This document shows positions 22,333-32,000 of a stretch of DNA of 32,000 nt, piece after piece. Source of the stretch: Zygophlyctis sp. KS116 (lineage: Eukaryota > Fungi > Chytridiomycota); contig BAAFSQ010000077.1 of NCBI GenBank assembly GCA_054661495.1, positions 7,923 through 39,922 of the forward strand, given 5' to 3'. The notes under the pieces are model-generated. The model worked only from the letters and a program-made list of their open reading frames with translations. It did not search any database and was not told where the DNA came from. A program made the translations under genes and the position numbers. The stretch's first letter is position 1. Each line of letters starts with the position of its first letter.

Positions 22333-23997
22333 TCCTTTATATTTTTCTTTTTAGAATCTGAAACGATTTGTCTCATCCTTGCATTCTTTTTAAGATCATA
22401 CTGACTGATCTGATGAATTGGTTTTCTCTTGAGTGGAGCTTTCCTTGCCATTTTCTTTTCATTCTTTGACGGTTTCTTTAAATTAAGCATCCAGTCGGGA
22501 ATATCACATCCAGACTGTTTCATGACATTGACAATTGTTTTTAAATATGGTAAATCATCCTTTGTAAAATAAGTAACTGCTTCACCATTTCTACCTGCTC
22601 TTCCGGTTCTACCAATTCTATGAATATAACTCTCTGCAGTTTGAGGAAAATCATAATTGATGACGAGATTTACTCCTTTGAAATCTATACCACGAGCCAT
22701 TAATTCAGTTGTGATAAGTACCCAAATTTTACCACTTCTAAAGTTTGAAATAATCAAATCACGCTGTGCTCTACTTCTTCCAGAATGAATTACATCAACA
22801 TTAATACCATCATAGATTAATTCTTTAAAGAGATCTCGTGCTCTATCAATAGATTGAACAAATAAAAGAACAGGAGGTTTCATTCCTTGTTGAATCAATT
22901 GACGAATAGCAATGATTTTTCCTTCTTCTTGTCCTACATATAATAATTTTTGTGTAATCGAACTTGTTGCAGCATTTTTTGCACCAATTACGATTCTTAT
23001 TGGATCCTTCATAAAAGTATTTGCTAATTCTTCTACTCCAGATGATATAGTTGCACTAAACAGAGCCTTTTTAATTTTAGGACAAGTACAAGCAGCAAGT
23101 ATTTCATCTACTTGATCAAGAAAGCCAATTTCCAAAAGTTTATCAGCTTCATCTAGTATAATATGAGATGCATTATCTAATTTGAGATATTCTTGCTGAA
23201 TCGCATGAACTAATCTTAAAGGAGTAGAAATCAGAATATCTAAAAGATAAATTTTCCATTTTTAAAAATACCGTAATGTTTTAAAGAATCAGCCACTTGA
23301 CTTGATTGAGCATTTGTAGCTTTACTTAAAACACAAATCTTGAATGGTTTTCCAACACTTAATTTGAGTATTTCCCTATGAATCTGATTTGCCAATTCTC
23401 TTGTTGGAGATATAATCACTGCCCTAAAGCCTTGTTTCTCTGGACCTTTTAAATCTGCCAATATTGGTATTAAATATGCCAATGTTTTACCAGATCCTGT
23501 TGGAGCACAAGCAATTACTTCTCTACCATGAAGCATAATTGGAATTGCTTGCATTTGAATCGGTGTTGGAGCTGAAAATGACTTTAAAACATTTTTCTTG
23601 ATGTATGATTTGAATTTAAACCTATTTTTTAACTTTAAAACCATACTTTTCAAACAATTGACCAAATGATGAGAATGGATATGGAACATCATTCCCATAA
23701 ACTCTAATTTTGTATATTTTTCTAAATCTACCGACTTGATCATCATTTCCCAGTTCAACTTTTTCCTCTTGTAATCAGAATATTTAAAAATGAATTACCT
23801 TGATCATTAACTTTCTGATCATTAAAAGTCTTTAAAGTCTTGATCTCTGCATCTTTGCCATCATTAAAAAAATCCAACTCTGGACTCAACACATTTGAAA
23901 CGATTGGCAGACTACTACTTGATGCTTTTTCTGCATTAGATGCTATTGATGCATTATTGAATTTTATCCCAGTTCCTAGTATTTTAAAGATATCCAT
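22329..23997 (-). CDS. ROK1: DEAD-box RNA helicase Rok1/DDX52
   Basis: MDIFKILGTG, PTPIQ, APTGSGKT, PTRELA, DEAD, SAT, PPVLLFVQSIDRA, HRIGRTGRAG; introns of 31, 25 and 32 nt. Confidence 0.93.
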
Positions 23998-24051
23998 CCC
24001 AACGGTCAAGACTCGACGGCTAAAATTCTATGGCCAGACCTTGCACTCGAA

Positions 24052-25008
24052 ATGAACAGTCAAACCAACATAAAATATAGTTTTTCTACTCCAGGATTTG
24101 CAGGGTATTCTGTTGTGTATAGTCCGTTCTACCCCGATCTACTAGCCATAGCCACTGGATCTAATTTTGGGATTGTCGGCAATGGAAAATTGTTTTTGGC
24201 CGGGGACAAGATCCCAGTGGAATTTGAAACTCAAGATGGATTGTTTGATGTTGCATTCTCTGAAATTCATGATAAACAATTGGTGACCGGATCAGGCGAT
24301 GGTTCTATTCTTCTTTGGGATTGGTCTCTGCCTGTATTTAATTTTTGATAATTTTAGAATTATCCAATTTCACTTTTTAGAGAACATACTCGTGAAGTCT
24401 TTTGTGTAAACTGGAATTTAATTCAGAAAAATCATTTTATTTCTAGTTCTTGGGATTCTACGATTAAAGTTTGGGATCCTCTAAATTCTAGTTCAATTTT
24501 AACTCTACAGGAACATTCAGGTCCAATTTATTCAGTGTCTTATTCTCCAAAATTATCTACAGTTTTTGCATCTGCGTCTGGTGATTCTAGTATTAAATTA
24601 TGGGATGAAAGGTTGAATACAAGTTCAAGTACTTTTTTTGGTAATTCGGGGGAAATTTTATCAATTGATTGGAACAAGTATCAGCCAAATGTCTTGATTT
24701 CAGGCTCAGTAGATAAATCATTAAAAGTTTGGGATTTAAGAAATCCATCAATTCCAATCAGTAGTATACAAGGACATGATTTTGCTATACGTAGAGTTAA
24801 ATGCTCTCCTTTTTCTGGTAATATTGTAGCTACAGCTAGTTATGATACTACAATGAAATTATTTGATATATCTACTGGAAAACAAATCTTTGTTAATAAT
24901 GCACATTCTGAATTTGTGTTTGGAATTGATTTCAACTTGTTTAGAAAGGGACTGATTGCTACTTGTGGTTGGGATGGAAAGACAATGGTTTTAGAGGTTC
25001 CCTGTTAA
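24052..25008 (+). CDS. PEX7: Peroxisomal PTS2 receptor Pex7 (WD40)
   Basis: YSPFY, NFGIVGNGKL, TQDGLFDVAFSE, SSWD, DWNKY, SYD, HSEFV, GWD; 24-nt intron 24334-24357. Confidence 0.93.
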
Positions 25009-25416
25009 TTTAAAGTAGAGGCTGAAATGATTATATTTTATAATATTCAAATAAAAGTTTAATGTAGTAATCAATTCACTTTTAAGTAAATATTAAATGA
25101 TCCAGTATTGTTAGTCCCAAGGAGACGGTGCATCATAAGATGGAAGTCTCCCTGAAAATCTTGGTTGATCAGCTTCAGTCACTGTTTTATTTTGATATTT
25201 TAGTTGCATTATTTATGTTCTAAACATGGTTCCGGCCACTTGCGCTTTATTCTCATAAGATGCCGCAATCGATGTACCGGCACTGATGCGGTCGTAGATT
25301 GTATTTTACGTTTTACAATCTATATTTATGTAATGATTACTGCTGAATGCTGATCACATCTCAATCATATAACAACTACAAGATGATAAGTTGCCGTTCC
25401 TAAGGAATTTTCCGTA

Positions 25417-26628
25417 ATGTCTGGAAAGGAGATTTGTCTTTCAATAGCATCAGAGGATCAAGTCTTGTTGGAGACTAAAATCAAGTATGGAGATAAAAGG
25501 GAGATTTGTTTTGTTTTTACTCATCCGTATGGGCCTTTGGGTGGAAGCTTTGATCATCCAGTGATTTGTAATCTATTCAATTATTTTGCTCATCAGGGAT
25601 ATATGACTGTTAAATTCAATTTTAGAGGTTAGATATTTTATTTGTAATATCAGGTGTCGGGAATTCAACAGGGAAAACTTCATTCACTGGATCCGGAGAA
25701 AAACAAGACTTGCGATCAGTCATAAACTTTGTAAAAAAGAAATCAGACTTGGCGCCGACTCATTTTGTACTTGTGGGATATTCTTATGGTTGTATTCCGA
25801 TGGGAGCGGTTTGTGCTGAATTGCCGGAATGTATTGGGATGATTGCGATTTCTTATCCGGCGGGTGTATCCTGGGCTTTAACTCTGTGGAATTCACGGAA
25901 ATTTGCAAATGCTCTCGGCTCGATTTCTGATAATATACCTGTATTGTTCATAATGGTAATATATAAAAGCTTAATATAATAGGGTGATCAAGATAATTTT
26001 ACAAGTGTTGGAGTTTTGGAGAATTTTGTGAAATCTTTTTCCAAGAATGCAACTGTAAATATAGTTAGTGATATGGTATGTTTTCTAATTTGAAAATTTA
26101 GGATCATTTTTGGGTAAATAGAGAAGAAAATCTACTGGGTCATATTAAACAATGGATGTATAAGAATCTTGACTTGAAGGCTTTTCTTAAAAATGAACAG
26201 GTTAAAAACTCAAAGAATTCAAGTCAAAGTTTGGAAAAGATAGATGTAAGAAATGGTCTTAATTAAAGTATTAGACTTCTTCAAAAGCTACATTGACTTC
26301 TCGTTCAAGTTTTCCAATGGCTGATAAGGATAACAAGTGCAAAACAGAAAAAATTGGTCAAAAAAGTCATTCCTTGGATATCAGAAATTATTCAATTTGT
26401 CAAGAAGCGATAGAAGCAATTGATAATATGAGATTAGAAGAATTGTTAGATTCAAGTCAAAAGACACATTCACTGAATTCATTAAAGAAGACGACTATGA
26501 ATCATTTTGATTCTGGAAGTACAATTTTGGATAGTACACATAGTTTGAAACAATTAGAAAGGCCAAAAAGACCCCCTCCTCCCGTTCCAGCATCTAGGAT
26601 AGCATCTGATCCCACAATTAAAAAATAG
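25417..26628 (+). CDS. Alpha/beta hydrolase with long low-complexity, proline-rich C-terminal tail
   Basis: HPYGPLGG, FNFR|GVG, GYSYG nucleophile, GDQD, DHF; four introns of 26-29 nt; tail PKRPPPPVP. Confidence 0.8.
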
Positions 26629-26690
26629 GAGATTCCTCAATTCTATATCAGATACATTTTTTGAAATAATAGCGACTATATTTTGTTTCT

Positions 26691-28568
26691 CTAATCAATT
26701 TTAATTGAGTTGTAAATGTTTTTGACAAAGAAGAAACTGGCCAAGAAACCAATACTTCCGGTCATTAAAAAGACAAATAGTGAAAGTACAAAGCTATAAC
26801 CAAAATATAATATTGATGATGATCCTGCTTCTATATGAAGACGTGTCAAGTAGTAAAATATTCCATAGCCAAAAACATAGATTCCTGTAGATCCTGAAAT
26901 AAGAAATGATCTCCACCACCAAGCGTAATTCTCTGAGCATAATTGTAGGTATGTAAGAATAACAGACACCAAACAGTTGGTTACAATGAGAAACCCAGAA
27001 ACAACCAGCAAAAATCCAAATAGGTAAAACACCTTGTTTGACCACACAGAGCTGATTATATAAAATAGTTCTATAAAGATAGCACCAAATGGGAGAAATC
27101 CACCTGCAGCCATCGTTATTGGTAATGATAAATAAAGGGGTTGGCTTGGTATTTGGCGAGGAATTTGATGAGTTCTTACTGGTTGACTAAGTTTCTAAAA
27201 TTAAAATAAACAAAAATACCGGTCTTTTGAGGCCATAAAAAGATCCAATTGCGCAAAGAGGTGCTGATAAAAGAAACCAAAGAGCAATCAATGATAAAAT
27301 ACTCCCAAATGGAGCCGCTGCAGAAGACTTTTGTGATATCAAGAAAAAATTGAGGAAAAGAAATGCAACAAACACGATACTATCTAATTAAAAATTTATG
27401 AATACCCTGGAACCAAAAAGGCTGTCAGAAATATTGTCTTTTTCCAAGATCTGTCCTGAAACATTTTCAAAAGTCGAGAAGAAGCGTAACCAGCAAAATA
27501 CGCAAATAGGCAGTAAAAAACAATCATCACTGTTGGTAGTGCTCCTCTACTGGTAGGACTTAAAAGACCTATTGCAGCAAAGAAAATTGTAGATAAAAAC
27601 ATTAATAGGACCTGAATTCCACTACCAACTAAAACACTAAATAAAACTGAATATTGTGGCCTTCTAAAGACATCACCATGAACCAATTTCCACCCAAACT
27701 CTTCTGATAGATCTTCCATGCTTTCTGTTGAATTATACCGTATGATATCTTCTCTTAGAGATCTTATAAGTATAAGAATCACCAAGAGTAACAAAATACC
27801 AACTATTACAGCTGAATTGATTAATGAAAACCAATGAATTTTTGAATCAGTCACGTACATGTAAGAATCCCATCGAGTTCCCCAAGGAATTTCAGATGGT
27901 AACCAAGTAACAGAGTATGTAAATAGAACCTGATTATCTTGATTCTCTTTTAATGTCAAAGATTGATTTCCATTACAATTCTGAGTATCAAAAGCAAAAC
28001 TTTTTGGAATTACTTGCACAAATACGACTCTAAATTTGTCTCTATTTTGATGATATTTTATAATCACATCATGATGATTATAGAATAAAAGATTACTTTC
28101 ATTCTTTAATCCCAATTTAAATCCCATAATCATTCCTGCCGATGAGTTTCTCCCCGCAGGCAATCCATCGACAACCCAATTTTGAAAATAATTATCTCTG
28201 ATCGCTTGATTTATGAATTCTGCATTAGAAGCAGAAATAGTTTTTTGACATAATGGAACACACGACTTATTAACCTTCATTTCCAACAAATAAGCTGAAG
28301 AATATAATCTATCACCACTTAAAATGCTTCCTAATGATTCATACACAGATATGATTGACTCTGGCTTACAAAACCCCCATCGGTCATCATAATAATCAAA
28401 CGGAATTAAAGTTTGCGGTGAATCCAAAGAGTTTACATACAAATTCACCTGTTCTCCATTGGCATAGTCATGCGGTGCCACTCCTGGAAGATTAAAACAT
28501 GATGTAATTGGTATATTAAGCAGTAACAGTCCAAACGCTACAAAACTACTCATAGTATCCTTGACCAT
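26691..28568 (-). CDS. EMP70: Transmembrane 9 superfamily (EMP70/TM9SF2/4) protein
   Basis: FNLPGVAP, IHWFSLINS, GWKLVHGDVFR, PVRTHQIPRQIP, ENYAWWWRSF, IKID end; introns of 26 and 25 nt; start is ATG 28568 or 28553. Confidence 0.93.
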
Positions 28569-28615
28569 ACCACTCAAACTCAACTTAAAAAATTCCAAAT
28601 ATAATGATTCTCTAT

Positions 28616-29398
28616 TTAAACGGAATCAAACACTGGAACATCCACTTTTCCACTACCAGGTACAACTTTAGATCCTTTATCAGTAGACATGCTAGCTTCA
28701 CCATGAAGTTCCAAAAGTTTTCCCATATCAAAACGAGGAGCTTTTAGAATTTTTACTTTACGAACCAACACATTTTGAAGAGGATAAATTCCATGACATG
28801 CCTTTTCAATTTCCTTTCCAATAACTTCTGGAATGAATTTTTGAACTAATTCTTTTAAATCGCAAGAAGAAGATTCCTTATTTATAATTTCAAACATCTT
28901 TTTACGAATTGATCGAATTTGAGCAGAAGTTGCATAAGTTGTCTTTCTAATTTGATTTTTTCTTCTTTGGGTGAAACCAATAATAAAGATTCTTAAGAGA
29001 TAACCATCTGAAGTTTTAACATCTTGATGACATTCAATTAAAGATTGCCATTTCTTTACGAGTGATCTCAACTTATCCGAAGTCATATCCATTCCGTAAA
29101 AGTTTGTTAAGCAATTACGACCAGAGATTTCCTGAATCTGTAATTTAATTTTTCTAAAAGAGTCTTCCTGATTATTATTAAGATCTGCCAAGCAGACTTC
29201 CAATACTCGATTTTTGAGATAATCTTTAGCATTTTTAAGACCTTGAGACTTATTAACTAGAGTCTTTCCCACATTTCTCACTTCAAAAAAGGAAGGAGCC
29301 TTGATATCATACCATTCCTTTCTAGTGAATGGATCAACAACCTTTTTCTTTAAACCTTTTTTCCCCTTTGATAGACGCTTATTCTTTCCAACTGCCAT
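28616..29398 (-). CDS. RPS1: 40S ribosomal protein eS1 (S3a), intronless
   Basis: [30 protein letters not shown]... Confidence 0.98.
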   Translation of the reverse strand: MAVGKNKRLSKGKKGLKKKVVDPFTRKEWYDIKAPSFFEVRNVGKTLVNKSQGLKNAKDYLKNRVLEVCLADLNNNQEDSFRKIKLQIQEISGRNCLTNFYGMDMTSDKLRSLVKKWQSLIECHQDVKTSDGYLLRIFIIGFTQRRKNQIRKTTYATSAQIRSIRKKMFEIINKESSSCDLKELVQKFIPEVIGKEIEKACHGIYPLQNVLVRKVKILKAPRFDMGKLLELHGEASMSTDKGSKVVPGSGKVDVPVFDSV

Positions 29399-29502
29399 TA
29401 GAAGATTTTAGATTTTTTTTGACAAGTGGCGCTGACCTTTGGCCTAGAGTAGCTCCTTGACAAACAGCCTAGCATTCAACCCAACTATATATAAATTTTA
29501 CC

Positions 29503-29646
29503 GTCCGAGTCCGAGTCCGAATCTGTCCGAAATAGGGTAGTCACCCTTGCTATTCATCTGCGCCAGGCCTGTGTATATTGCGCCAGGCCTGTGTAAGTGT
29601 ATATTGCGCCAGGCCTCTGTGTAAGTGTATATTGCGCCAGGCCTGT
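29503..29646. repeat. Promoter repeats: GTCCGA x4 and TGCGCCAGGCCT x4
   Basis: gtccga at 29503, 29509, 29515 and 29525; TGCGCCAGGCCT at 29559, 29579, 29605 and 29633 with GTGTATAT-containing linkers. Confidence 0.9.
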
Positions 29647-29694
29647 AAAAAGAGCTAGGCCAATGTAAAAAAATCATTGTAAAAAAAATCCAAA

Positions 29695-30794
29695 ATGACC
29701 GTCACAGAATCCAAATGGTTTCATGAGATTAATTCACAATGGCCCGGTCAGGCTAATTCACTTCAGATACAAGAAGTATTACACACTGAAACTTCAAAGT
29801 ATCAAGATCTCTTGGTCTTTCAATCTACAAATCATGGAAATGTATTGGCTCTAGATGGTGTGATTCAGGTGACGGAGAGAGATGAATTCGCTTATCAGGA
29901 AATGATGGCTCATCTTCCAATGTCGGCGCATGGAAATCCTCAAAAGGTATGAATTTATTTTCTCTCTGGTGATGAAGAATTTTGTCGCCCCAGGCATATA
30001 CACTTGTGATGAAAATGCAAACGTTATCTATTTATTCTGAAGAGATTTTGTAAAGATCTAATTCTTTAGGTTCTGGTTGTAGGCGGTGGTGATGGGGGGA
30101 TTCTAAGAGAAATTGTAAAATATGAATGTCTAGAATCTGTGACTCTGGTTGAAATTGATGAAGCTGTAATTAGAGTCTCAAAAAAATATTTACCTTCTTT
30201 GGCTGTTGGTTTTCAACATCCAAAAGTACAAGTAGAAGTAGGTGACGGGTTTGAATACTTGAAGTCCAATCAAGCAAGTTTTGATGTAATTATTACGGAT
30301 TCAAGTGATCCTGTTGGTCCGGCTCAATCACTCTTTCAACATGAATATTATGAATTATTAGGAAAGGCATTAAAGCCTGGTGGTATTATATGCTGTCAAG
30401 GTAGGTTTAAGATTTGGCAATGATTATATTGGAACATGCACCACGCTGAATTTTTAGATGAAATCTAATCCCATCATTTATATGAGCCAATTTTATAAAA
30501 TACTAATAAGAAGGTGAATGTATATGGTTGCACTTAAACTTTATAAAGAATGTAATGGATTCTGCTCGAAAGGTTTTTCCTGTGGTGAAATATGCTTGGG
30601 CATCTGTTCCAACATATCCATCAGGCCAAATTGGATTTCTGATTTGTTCAAATGATTCACAAGTGGATCCTTCAAAACCAAAAATCACTTTTTCAAAGGA
30701 ATTTGAAACTAGTAAACTTAAATATTACGACTCAGAGATTCATAATGCATCTTTTGTTCTCCCTGGATTTGCCAAGAAAGTTTTAGAAAATTGA
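29695..30794 (+). CDS. SPE3: Spermidine synthase
   Basis: [36 protein letters not shown]|[17 protein letters not shown]; introns 29947-30069 and 30401-30513. Confidence 0.96.
29963..30045 (+). ncRNA. snR67: Intronic box C/D snoRNA, snR67/SNORD31-like (LSU P-loop Gm)
   Basis: Box C GTGATGA 29969, guide TGTCGCCCCAG 29983-29993 antisense to LSU CUGGGGCGGCA, atypical D' CATA 29995, C' GTGATGA 30006, box D CTGA 30037, terminal stem TCTCT/AGAGA. Confidence 0.85.
30414..30490 (+). ncRNA. snR40: Intronic box C/D snoRNA, snR40/SNORD32-like (18S Gm1271, yeast numbering)
   Basis: Stem TTGGC/GCCAA; C variant ATGATTA 30420; guide CATGCACCAC 30435-30444 antisense to 18S GUGGUGCAUG; D' CTGA 30446; C' AGATGA 30456; D variant ATGA 30482. 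Confidence 0.8.
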
Positions 30795-30884
30795 AAATAA
30801 TAGTATAAATTTTGTTCTTAACTCTTTTAAATGAGACTAATAATGGTCAACAAACATTCAATTTATTTTATCCAATGCTAGAGC

Positions 30885-32000
<1,116 letters not shown>

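Noticed and set aside
25396-25408. GTTCCTAAGGAAT as an RFX X-box
   Set aside because: Imperfect match, adjacent gene is not ciliary, and no comparable site is evident upstream of CFAP57
9216-29462. TTGACA hexamers in promoters (9216, 20070, 29419, 29457) as bacterial -35 boxes
   Set aside because: Eukaryotic genes; a 6-mer is expected often at this AT content and enrichment cannot be shown by eye
29559-29646. CRISPR array or transposon end
   Set aside because: Linkers are 8-16 nt and related to each other; no TIR/TSD pair or transposase
29996-30005. ATATACACTT in the snoRNA complementary to promoter repeat AAGTGTATAT
   Set aside because: An AT-rich 10-mer match is plausible by chance, and the promoter repeat may not be transcribed
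29695-30794. SPE3-saccharopine dehydrogenase fusion as in Basidiomycota
   Set aside because: The CDS stops at 30794 and a convergent kinase gene follows

Overview
AT-rich (roughly 30% GC, estimated by eye), extremely gene-dense eukaryotic nuclear DNA. It is most likely from a flagellated, chytrid-like early-diverging fungus: the axonemal gene CFAP57 sits beside fungal-type GPI1, ROK1, SPE3 and CaMK genes. The fragmented ORF track resolves into about 21 genes once about 64 ultra-short GT-AG introns (23-32 nt, most commonly 25-28) are removed; all splicing was inferred by hand. Intergenic spaces are tiny. Two convergent gene pairs overlap at their 3' ends, and one tandem pair overlaps by ATGA (stop/start). 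The only two long introns (123 and 113 nt, both in spermidine synthase) each carry a box C/D snoRNA: an snR67/U31-like guide for the LSU P-loop Gm and an snR40/U32-like guide for 18S Gm1271. Their host gene shares a repeat-rich bidirectional promoter with ribosomal protein eS1. A TTTCGGACA motif recurs in three divergent promoters.
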